Source: Carcharhinus longimanus (Eukaryota). Taken from it: a DNA stretch of 64,000 nucleotides. The DNA is taken from the NCBI GenBank assembly GCA_030264375.1, contig JASCQW010000098.1:61888238-61952237 (forward strand), written 5' to 3'. The notes under the pieces are model-generated. The model did not search any database and had not been told where the DNA came from. It saw only the letters and a program-made list of their open reading frames with translations. Position 1 is the stretch's first letter; each line of letters starts with the position of its first letter. A program made the position numbers and the translations under genes. This document shows, piece by piece, positions 51,826 through 63,054 of the stretch.

Positions 51826-52033
51826 AAAACAGAAAATGCTGGAAATGTTCAACAGGTCATGCAGCATCGGCGGAAAGAGGAATCGAGTTACTCTTTCAGG
51901 TCAGTGATCTATAATCAGAAACTGATGAAAAGTCATCGAACTAACTTTCTTTCTCGCTCTAGGGTGCTACCCGACCTCCTGAGTATTCCCAGCGTCTTCC
52001 GAATTCCAGCATGTGCAGTACCTTGTTTCTATT
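51826..52033. mobile_element. Degenerate fold-back Penelope-derived element
   Basis: Imperfect inverted arms (aaatgctggaaatgttcaacaggtc...gagtta / taact...gacctcctgagtattcccagcgtctt) around a central CTGATGA (51922-51928). Confidence 0.55.
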
Positions 52034-52194
52034 ATAAAAGTGGTGTTAATTTGCCTGAACGAGCAACATTCTGAATTACACCCAAAAGTTTGCTATATTA
52101 ACCAGTTAACTTATTTACTATAGATTTGTCAACAAATAACTAGCAAAAAATCAATACATATACTAGTTAGAGTCCTTTCACTTAAAGGGGAGAT

Positions 52195-52505
52195 AAGTGG
52201 CACAGTGGTATTGTCGCTGGATTAGTAATCCAGAGAACCAAGGGTAATGCTCACAGCAGATGGTGACACGAATTTGGTAAAAATCTGGAATTAAAAGTCT
52301 AATGCTGGCCATGAAACCATTGCCAATTGTCGTAAAAACCTATCTGGTTCACCAATGTCCTTTAAGGAAGGAAATCTGCCATCCTTACCTGATCTGCCCT
52401 GCATGTGACTCCAGACCCACAGCAATGTGGTTGACTCTAGTTGCCCTCAGGGATGGGCAATAAATGCTGACGCAGCAGCCACGCCACAGCTCATCGGCGA
52501 TTAAA
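52195..52505 (+). mobile_element. SINE family B
   Basis: gtggcacagtggtattgtcgctgg head, and ...gtgactccagacccacagcaatgtggttgactc...gggatgggcaataaatgct tail. Confidence 0.85.
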
Positions 52506-53098
52506 ATAACAATGTATTAACATCGCGGCTTTCAAAGATGATTTAAACATTTCGACTTATTTGATTGTATTGTCTCGTGCTATTTATGATTTGAATTTCA
52601 AGATGATTTATTTAAAACATTATAGCAGTCTGCGAAACGTGGTACTGTGGTTGAAATTGTATTCTATACAAAAGACACATGCAAGTCGAAGGTGGACTTT
52701 TAGTTTTCATTTTTATGAACAGCGGTTCTGATCAGATGAAGGTGCGTTCGGTCTGTTATTGAACCACCTATTCTTCAACGCTGCCATCTTTTCTATCCTC
52801 AGAGACAACCTTTTGGACTTGGAGGCCCAATCTATGATGAACTGCGGAGACTATTTTTTTGTTGCAGATTTGAAGATCGAATCAGCCCAAATCTATTCAC
52901 ATTCTTCGCAAGCAGGGCTTTCTATGCTGAGCAGAGGTGACACTTCCATCACATGTGTGTGCTTGATTCAATCTGAAGTCCTGCATGTTGGGAGACAGTT
53001 ATTGACGGATTAAACCACCCAGCACCCCATTTACCTCAACCACTGTTCTTATTGCTTTGCCATGCAGAGTACAGAATACACATACAACCGTGCGCATT

Positions 53099-53113
53099 GC
53101 TGCCCCCTGCTGC
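53099..53113 (-). promoter_or_regulatory. Candidate CTCF site
   Basis: Minus strand GCAGCAGGGGGCAGC versus the core CCASYAGRKGGCRS. Confidence 0.5.
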
Positions 53114-53680
53114 TGAATATAAAGTTTAAACTGTGGTAACTTTACTCGCGCTCAATTCATCAGATCTAAAAGTTAAATCTGAGTTTTAATAAGGAGACAG
53201 ACACCACTTGCGACACTTAGATAAAACATTTAAATAATACTGACAGTAAGTGACTTAAGATGGACTGATTCATTTTAAGTCTCATTTGAAATTGTAGAGG
53301 AGAATACAAAAACACCCCGTCACCAAACAACATATAACTAATGATTTCAAAGGATGTAGTTACCAATATAGAGGGATTGGTTGGGATTGCACCATTTGAG
53401 CAATATCTGGGTCGTGTTGTGCGTTTGTGCAGGTCAAGCTCATTCTTACCAATTGTCTAATGGAGACGTGCGGTAACTGCAAATATAAGAAAAAAATAAA
53501 TTGAAGTTATCTAAATAATACTTGAATTATTAAAACACAATAACTGTATCGACATCATAATGGTGGTTGTTTGTAGTATATATCCGGCAAATTCAGTCCT
53601 GCAATGTCTAGGGGCATGTCACAGATTTAATGACACGCCAAGTTTATAATACGTGTGTGTCCACATTTTCAATTAATTTA

Positions 53681-53982
53681 CGGCGGCACAGGCTGCACTG
53701 CTGCCTCACAGCGCCAGAGACTCGGGTTCAATTCCGACCTCGGGTCCCTGTCTGTGTAGAGGTTGCACATTCTCCCCATGTTTCCTCCGGGTGCTCCAGT
53801 TTCCTCCCACAGTCCAAAGATGTGCGGGTTAGGTGGATCGGCCATGCTAAATTGACCCTGAATGTCAGGGGATTAGCAGGGTAAATAGGTGGGGTTACAG
53901 GATTAGGGCCTGCGTGGGATTGTGGTCGGTGCAGACTCAATGGATCGAATGGATTTTTTCTGCACTGTAGGGATTTTATGAT
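53681..53982 (+). mobile_element. V-SINE (HE1-like)
   Basis: Head, V-domain gggtgctccagtttcctcccacagtccaaag, and tail. Confidence 0.9.
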
Positions 53983-56270
53983 AAAGAATTCCGTCCCCTC
54001 GTAATTTAATGAATACTTTTGTCTTCGAAAAGAGAATGTAAGAAATATTTGTTTAAAACTCACAGAATCCGAACACAGACTTNNNNNNNNNNNNNNNNNN
54101 NNNNNNNNNNNNNNNNNNNNNNNNNNNNNNNNNNNNNNNNNNNNNNNNNNNNNNNNNNNNNNNNNNNNNNNNTTCTAAATATCAACGCGCGTTTGATTAA
54201 CGAGTGGCCGAAATGTCAAAATGTTGCATTGTCTGTCAAAGTATCCTCAAGCATACACATTGATGACCATACATCACCTTGTGTTCCTTAAACATTTCAA
54301 ACTTTTTTTTTCATTTCTTCCCGGATGCAACCTGCAAAAATACGGGTAAAGATTGAAGCCTGGGGATTACTTTGTGAATTGGCGTTGATTGAGCCCGCCC
54401 CAGTGGCACTGTCTCCCAAAAGTGTTGAACAGGGATATTAGCACAGGTCTGTGTGGCGGAGTTGGAGGGAAGCATGTGTCTGGTGATGCAGTCCCTTGCT
54501 TTGTAATTATAAAACTAGCCTTGATGTCAAGGAGAGTATGTTTCGGTCCCTGTGCTGTTTTCAATCTTGTTTCAAATCTAATGCATTAAATTGTATCTCC
54601 TTTAGTTCCATTCCACCCTCCCCGCCCAGTAAATGTTCACGTCAGCCTTGATCGTGGTGTTTTCCACTTGATGTTCGCAGTTTCCCCTGAGCTTTAACTC
54701 TGCGTTCATTTTGCCCACATTTTGCCGCGCCTTGCGGTGCTCCGGATAGTTACACAGAATCCTGTAACACTCGCAGGAACAACAATTCCACTGGCCATAT
54801 ATCTCACCGCAAAGCTTTCATTTCAAACCTTTTAAAACACATTCATTGTACTGTGTGCCAAAGTGAAAAAGAAAATCCCCCTTCGACCCCGAGAGATGAT
54901 TGATGGTCATACGTTCACAAAATACTACCCCTCCCCCCCCCCCCCAACCCCTACCCANNNNNNNNNNNNNNNNNNNNNNNNNNNNNNNNNNNNNNNNNNN
55001 NNNNNNNNNNNNNNNNNNNNNNNNNNNNNNNNNNNNNNNNNNNNNNNNNNNNNNNNNCTACCCCTCCCCCCCCCCCAACCCCTACCCAGGCGCTTGGCAG
55101 AATCCATTCGGGGCGCGCTTCCCCGCCGCCTCAAATAAGAGCGCATAATACTTCCACTTTTAACATATGGGTGATGTCGGTGCGACAGGGAAAGTCAGGA
55201 GGATTTTCCTCTCGAGTCTTTTAAATCTTGTCAAAGGTCAAGCAAGATGTGTCTTCTATTTATTAGGGCGTAAGCGAATGTGGGGATAAATGCAGAGAGG
55301 TTTATATTAACGTGCACCGTCTTATAGCGTGTCCCGAGCAAAGCTCTGTCGCTGGTAAATAAAACAGGGCTAATCAATGTGGTGAACTCAAAGGAAAGGA
55401 CATTTTTATCCCCGCTGGGTGTTCCAAAGGGATTGGCTGGCTTTCTCAAAAAGGAACTGCGTAGGATCGATATTAAACACCAACAATTGGGATGTATGTA
55501 ATTAAAAGTTGCTTGGCTCCAAAATTTGCAACAACTCTTGTTCTCCGTCATGTGTGCTACCAACAGCAGTTAAACAATATTCCAAAACTCGCTGAAAGGC
55601 GGAAATTCAGCCATAATACATAATGTGTAGGAATATATGTATCAATCTGTACAAAAATACCCCCACCACCACACATAGATTATCCTGCACTTACACACTC
55701 TTTCTGGTGTACACTCCGAATGTGAAATGTTTCTGTCTGTTCCTTTGTTCAAATAAAAGTAAGTTTACACATTGACCTGATCAATGTGCCTCTCTCTTGT
55801 TAAGTCTCTGCACAGAGAGGAGTGACTGAACAGGACCAGATGGCAGCAACAAGCCTATCTTTTTTCTTCATACTTATAATAGCATCACGAACAGAGCAAG
55901 GGAATGTTGACCACAAGTAAAGATCCTGCCACCTCCGAGTCAAGTTTTTTTTTTAGGGATTAGGTGTTTCGAATAGACGTTCAATAGTTAGAACACATGG
56001 ACTATCAGCTATCTACAATCCGGTAGAGTTTCGGAGTCGCATTGAACTTTCCGAAAAATCACTTGGTTGATTGGTGAGCAAGTATATTGTTGATTCATGG
56101 AGATCGCCGAGAAACTGTGTGCAAGTGTGTTTCCGCCTTGCCTTTGCTAACTGGCCAAATAACTGGGCAAATCAGTTGTAGAATGAAAGGGTCCAGAGGG
56201 GGAAAGACAGTGAAATATAGATGTTTTTCAAAATTAAAATTGCTCTTGAAAAGCAAAATGATAAAATTGA

Positions 56271-56390
56271 AGAACATAGAAACTAGAAGCAGCAGTAGAC
56301 CATTCGGCCCTTCGAGTCTACTCCGTCATTCATTTTGATCATGGCTGATCATCGAATTCAATATTCTGATTCCCCCCTTCATCCCATATC
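56271..56390 (-). mobile_element. CR1 3' tail
   Basis: agaacatagaaactagaagcagcagtagaccattcggcccttcgag...gatcatggctgatc. Confidence 0.8.
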
Positions 56391-59300
56391 CCAAAAAAAA
56401 ACCCTGTGAACCTCTTAATAATTTACACTCGAAACGGCACACACTTTTCACATCCTCACACTACGGGATATTCACAGGAACTTCATTGCAGTGTTAATGT
56501 AAGCTTACCTGTGACACTAATTAAAATAAATAAAAATATTAAAGAGTGTCCCGCCTCAGTGTTTGTACCTGATTAGATGGTTGTCTGTATTTACTGGACT
56601 TAAAAAAATGTATGGTTTGTTTAAACGCTTTCGACTTGCATGGGTATCATTCTCGATAAAATAAAACGTTGAAACTGGAAATAAATACAGCAATTGTGTG
56701 CATTGGGAACGTATAAATATTTAAAAGCCTACAGAAGAGTGTCAGAAGATTAGCGTTTGTCACGATTTTTAGATTATCTGCAATGAGATTTCGGGTGGAC
56801 TGTAAAGACTGATTGACTTTGAGCTGGAGGGATTCTGTGCAGGATGAGGTGAGAAAGTGCACATCCATGAGTAGGGATTAGAATGGATCTGCGGAGAGAT
56901 TGCAGGTTCTGACACCAGCGGCGGGTCGTTACCGCTGGATCTCTGACCATTAAACGACAAATCCCTTGCTCAGTAGATCTCCACCGACTGATGCCAATCG
57001 TCGGGGATTTACAGCAGAGGGTGTCTTTAGGAAGCACTATTCAATGAGAGTACGTTCACTTTAAATAAAGCCTGGCGATCTGCTTTCATGCTCATGATGC
57101 TACTTGTGTTTTCTAATTAAGTTACTAATTTTAAGGGAACCTCTTCATCCTGGGCACGTGGCTATCCAACCCACTCCTGGGTCGTTTGCAGTTCAGTGGC
57201 TGGTAATGGATTCGGTGAGTGCTGAGAATTTCAGTGGATGCCAGTGACATCCGCGTTCATTCTGTCAACTACAAATCCCGAGATCCCTCAGTGTTGCAGA
57301 GTGAGCGGCCAATGGCTGGCAAAGGGGGCTTGGGACAGGCTGCATTTACCAGCTCTCACTCTGACCTGTCAATGTGCCACATGACCTCCCAATGCCTCTT
57401 TGTCAGAAAGTGACTTGGAAGAGCGGGTCAGTGCAAACCTCGAGTTGCTAAGTGTCAAGAAATAAAAGCAGCCAGCAAGGTTACCAAGTCACTTGCTTTT
57501 ATTTTTATCTTGCCAAAGCCCAAAAGATAAGCTTGAATACCCAAATCTCTACTTCACTGGTTCATCCCAACAGCGGAATTCCTGAATTTCGTGTGTTTTT
57601 AAAATCAAGATATCACTAAAAACCCGGATTTCTGTACCGCCGAAGCTCTTAACATTTTTGAGTATGTTCGGCAACATGATAAGAACAACTCCAAACTCAA
57701 TAAGCTCAATGGAGAGGAAGAGAGAATTCCCTTCCCTCCCCCTTTACGGATATCTCATGGCCTAGAATCACAATTATTGCCAACACTTGACTTGCTCAGG
57801 GATCTCCCGCCGCCTGGGCAAACCTCCGCGTGAGATCGCAAGTGATCACTCAATCCCGGGTTATTAGATATTTAACGATCACGAGATAGAATCGTGTGTA
57901 AGAAGGGATTCTGGAGACCAATCCCTCTGTAAACCCTGGGGGATTGCAGAGATTGTTCAGTTGATGCCACAGTGACCGTATTTCCTGTAGTTTGTTCCAT
58001 TCGCTGGAGTCTGACACTGATCCCATTAAACTGCTCCATGGCCACATTCGCCCATTTTCAGTCTTTTAACACTGATCTCGCTTTCAATCGGAAATATCCC
58101 AATGCTATGTTAAAACTCAAAATCAGCATATTATTTAGAACCCCTATATTGACTGCATCTTAAGCGGAAATAATGAGCGACTGTCCCGATTGTTCAAATG
58201 TATTTTAAGTAAATTGATACACAGAAAACAACTCAGAGGACAAACAGAAACGAAACTGAGTCCTTGTCGTTTAAATGTATATTAAAGAAAGTCCTCCCCC
58301 CGGAAAGAAAAGCTTAATGCAGAATTTGTAAAGCCTGGTAACCCTGTCAGGACGAAAACTATAAAGCCAGCTCGAAGAGATGTGATCCCTAACTTCTTTT
58401 TGTCCATGTTTTTTTTTGGGGGGGAGGGGACCGGTGATGGCAGAAATCATCACAGTTACAAACGGGGTTTCTCTCTTTCGCATGTCTCACCATCTCACAG
58501 GCCGTCAAGGGTGCGGGGGGGGGGGGGCGGAGAGGGGAAACTACAGATAAAAAAATAAAACTAACAACAGTGAAGACAATCTCCTGTGGCTGCTTTCTGG
58601 AACCAAGCAGCTGAATCATTTCATTCCAAGCAAAGTGCAATTGTGAGAGAAACGGATTTGAACTAATTATGACGGGCGCCAGATTTCAACTTTGTCGTCA
58701 GTTAAGGCCCGTGTTTTTTTATCGTCTAATTTAATCTAACATTTCTCGGTGAAGGAATATTCATAAATATAGTTCGTGCACCAATAATTGAACAGAAATG
58801 TTTGATCTGAAGTTGTCTGGGCCTTTCAGAGTGTTGACTCTGATGTGTTGAATCTAAAATGCGCGGTCGCTATTGGAAATTGACAGTGTACTAAGACATC
58901 CACATGTCCAATCCTATCCAATCCTGCTTCCTCCCAATAAATAGCGGGGCGCGCTTTAGAAAGGCCGCTTTAAATCGTTCATATACTGTAACCGTTTGGC
59001 CTACTATTGTCATGGGATTTTATGTAACCCGCATGCGGTGGCGGGGGTGCGGGGGGCTGGGGGGAATCCTTCAATTCCTCCACCATTAAACATCGTTTCT
59101 TGTGACAAGTCTCTAATGAGAACTTATCGCCTTAGAATTCCATATAATAAAATGCAGAATTCGAAGGAAGACTCTAGCTGCTGGCCTGAAAAGGGTTAGC
59201 AGAAAGGTTTGAACAAATACATATTGTTTAAAGAAATGGACATGACAAGGGTGCAATAAGCAGCGATAAGGTTTAATATCACTGTCTGCGCAGTCAAATA

Positions 59301-60936
59301 AATGGCAGCCCTGTCACCACAATGGAATAGCAATTGGAACATTCAAAATGTAGAGTACAGGTAGCAAACCTACTTATCCCGTTCAATCAATGGAAGGACA
59401 TCGAATCGGTTGAGATTATTGCCACTGATTGATAAACTCTAACCAGCGATGCTGCAGTGTGAAAAACAATTCAAGGGCTAAAGCGAGACTAATCCCTCCA
59501 CCTTTCCGGTAATTACATGCCGAATTAAATAAATTGGGGAAGGGGGGCGAAATAAGATAACAATAAAAACAAAGTGTTTAAAATTGTCACTCCTGTGGAC
59601 TCACCGATTGCAGGGCTGCTCCGTGCACAGTAGCAGCAGCGGACTCTGAAATGTTATAGCAGATTTTCCAATCAGCCCAGCTTCACAAATGAAACGCCCT
59701 AACAAATTAAAATGAGAGTGGCCACATTTCGTATACAACGAAGTCCGGCTGAAAAAAAATCCCGTTTGCTTTATTTAAATTGGCACTCGAGTGTCTACAA
59801 CAGGTCTTTGGAGATCCCGCAGAAAGAAGGGGCTTTCTGCTTTGTTATGGAAACGAGAAATCTGTTTAAAGTGAGGAGCAGCGACGGCAGACTGGACAGC
59901 AACCTCGCATTAATATCATGTAAAGGAAGTTCGTAGCAAGAAACAGAACGCATGGAAATCTTTCCTGTGTGTATTTTCGTGTGAATCTGTATTATTTCGA
60001 TGTTAATGCCAATCCTGTTTAAATTTTCTTTTGGAAACGTCATCGATGTTGTGGGTATAGCTTTAAATATTCATATGGAAAGAATGAATTCTTAAAGGAG
60101 AACGCGCGCGAGAATTGCAGATTTACCCGTAAAGGTACGCATTCCTAATCGGAATATCTTGGACAATGTGGACATGTGTATTTTTCTTCTGCATCATATC
60201 AATTCCTTCTTGTTTGGTGTGATCCCATACATACGAATGTAAATCCAGAGCCATCAATCATCCTTAACGATCTAGTCTGGTCTCACTTTACTAAACCAGT
60301 CTCCAGAGACACAGAAAGCTTTTGCCGTGTTTCGGAGCTCCTTGCTTAAAGAAAAAAAGGCAAACCAGACAGAGCGAGGAAAAATAAAACCTAAATCTCC
60401 AAATCAGAAGATAACCATTACAAATGATCCAAGGTTGACGAATATTCCAAATCGAAACTATTACAATTGATAATTAATTTAGTAACTGGTTATGTGAAGT
60501 GCGTTTACAAACCGAATTTATTTATTTTTTAATGCTGAATAAAATCTTTATTCCTGATTGGAAAGGTAAAATAATATGCCAACACGCGTTTGGATGTAAC
60601 AAATTCATTCGGATGTAAGTTTGTTTCAATTTAGAATACTTTTCTGTTTAAAAGATACATCTGGTAGTTGTGTGTAACAATCAATTGCAAGAAGCAAAAG
60701 TGTTTGTTTTTAATCTGGTCCAACTAACCTATATTCTGCTCATAGAATGTTAAAATGACCGCAGTAGAAGTTAACCAATGGTTAGAGTTTTCTTTCAAAC
60801 ACTTCAAAAGGCATCCCTTTCTATATGTACAAAAATCCGCTTCTTGAATGTAATATTTTCCCTAAATCTACTCAATTTACATTTGTTTGATTGGAGAAGG
60901 AACAGATGAGCCTGAAAAGCCATTGCCAAAGTCTCC

Positions 60937-60951
60937 AGCGCCATCTAGTGT
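60937..60951 (-). promoter_or_regulatory. Candidate CTCF site, near-consensus
   Basis: Minus strand ACACTAGATGGCGCT, a 13/14 match to CCASYAGRKGGCRS. Confidence 0.6.
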
Positions 60952-60983
60952 TAGTATAAGTATTACGTGATATTCGAATCAGT

Positions 60984-61410
60984 AGAAACATAGAAAGTAG
61001 AAGTAGGAATAGGCCATTCTGCCATTTGAGCCTGCTCCGCCATTCATTTTGATCATGGCTGATCATCCAATTTAATATCCTGATCCCCACTTCCTCTCAC
61101 ATCCCTTGGTCCCTTTAGCCTCAAAAGTTATATAGATATATATTCTTCTTGAAGTTGGACAACCTTTTGGCCTCAACTACATTCTGTGGTAATGAATTCC
61201 ACACATTCACCATCCTCTGGATGAAGAAATTTCTCCTCACTTCAGTTCTAAGAAGTTTACCCCTTATCCTCAAAGTATGGCCCCTAGTTCTGGATTCCCC
61301 TAATATTGAGAACATTCTTTCTGAATCTACACAGTCTAACCATGTTAGAATTTTCTATGAGTTCCCCTTTCACTCTTCTAAATTCCAATGAATATAATTC
61401 TAACCAGTTT
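60984..61410 (-). mobile_element. CR1 LINE 3' fragment
   Basis: Minus ORF 61121-61315, ESRTRGHTLRIRGK...RRNFFIQRMVNVWNSLP, is the CR1 ORF2 C-terminus, followed by the tail. Confidence 0.9.
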
Positions 61411-61931
61411 ATTTAGTTCAAAGTCCAAATTGGTGGAAATTTTTGGTGAGCTGAGAACATTTCTATATATTCTATTACACCAAGCTACACACAATCTGGA
61501 CAAATGAGTAGTCTAAGATTTGCAATGAAGTGACGATGCTGATGTTTGACAGGAAAGGAAACTGCCCACAAAGATCTAGTGATTGCTGTGGAATGCGTTC
61601 CTCTGTCTTTGACATTAGTTTGCTTCTGCCACTAAGAGGATCTCTAAGTGTCAATCAACAGTCGTGTCATTCAGTAAGGTAGGCAACCATTCTCACAGAC
61701 AGTAACCCAGGAAGTGAAAGGCACTGATTTGCTTTGAATTTAATTTTAGAGAGAGGGAAATAACTTGTTGAGCACAGCCATTGAGTAAAGGCAAAAGTTG
61801 AAAAATCATCATCACTTTAATAAACCATATAATTATTAAGTATGTTTATTCTAAAGAGGTTTTTGACATTCTATGCATGTAACATTCATTTTCTGGGGCC
61901 AGGGAGGTTTTTCAGTCATAATTATATGCTT

Positions 61932-62030
61932 AAATAAAACAGAAAATACTGGGAAAACTCAGCTGATTTGAGAGCATCTATATAGAGAGGACAGAGTTAA
62001 TGTTTTGAATCTGTAGGACTTCCTCAGAGC
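61932..62030 (-). mobile_element. One arm of the fold-back Penelope-derived family
   Basis: aaaacagaaaatactggg...ctcagc...gcatct...acagagttaatgttt is similar to 51826-51900. Confidence 0.5.
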
Positions 62031-62404
62031 TTAGTATCGTGTTACAAACTTCTGGATTTCTGCATTTAATTATATTCCAGAAATTATTGTCAGATTCTGA
62101 GGAGCAATGATGGGAATGCTGATGGTTTCAAATTATTTATCACCCAAGATAATTTTGAAAACTTCTGATGTTGTAAGAGTTATTGGACAGCTAAATATGA
62201 ATATTGCAAATTTGTATGAATAGGATGGCACCATAGGCAGGCACACTGTAATTTATAAAAATAAACTATAGTTCTATGATCTGAGTACTGTAGTCAATAC
62301 TGAATGGGTGTCAACATAATTGAGGCACGTTAGCTCACACCAGACAGTAAATGGATATTCCATGTGGCCATTCCAGTAATTCAGGTTGATGCTAAATATT
62401 TAAA

Positions 62405-62680
62405 GCTTATTCATTTATCACAAGTAGGCTTACACTAACATTGCAATGAAGTTACTGTGAAAATCCCCTAGTTGCCACATTCCAGAACCTGTTTGGGTAC
62501 ACTGAGGGCGAATTTAGCATGGCCAGTGCACCCAACCGGCACACGTTTTGGACTGTGGGATGAAACCAGAGGACCCAGAGGAAACCCATGCAGACACAGG
62601 GAGTAACCCAAGCTGGGAATTGAATTTGGTACCTTGGTACTGTGAAACAGCAGTGCTACCCATGGCACCACCATGTTGGC
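62405..62680 (-). mobile_element. V-SINE variant with a different 3' tail
   Basis: Same head and V-domain as the other copies, but the tail is ggaatgtggcaactaggggattttcacagtaacttcattgcaatg...cttgtgataaat. An isolated copy of this tail lies at ~56460-56535 (+). Confidence 0.75.
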
Positions 62681-63054
62681 ATTATTAAAAAAAGAATCTG
62701 AAGAGCTCTCTCAGTGCCTTCTCCAACATTCTTCCTTTAACCAACATAATGAAAAACACATTAACTGGTTATTCATTTCATCACTGCACGATCCTGTTGT
62801 TACAACGTGATTGCTAGACTTCCCTGTAGAATAGCGACTGTTCCGAAATAATAGATTTGATGTAAAGCACAATGAGACATTTCTGGGAGAGTTGGTCAAA
62901 TATCTTTTTTTATAACCCCCATATAAATCATTCTAAACCAGTTCCCAATTGATGTGGTTTCACAAAAAACTGATGGTAATGAAGCAGAAATTGGCACTTT
63001 TATCAAGGTTATATAAATTCATGCAGAGTTTAGGATTAAAGCTCATTACTAAGG

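Noticed and set aside
54924-55088. Direct repeat of a C-rich motif on both sides of a gap (similarly 48608/48730)
   Set aside because: Probably a scaffolding overlap or collapsed repeat at the N runs. It cannot be trusted as real structure.
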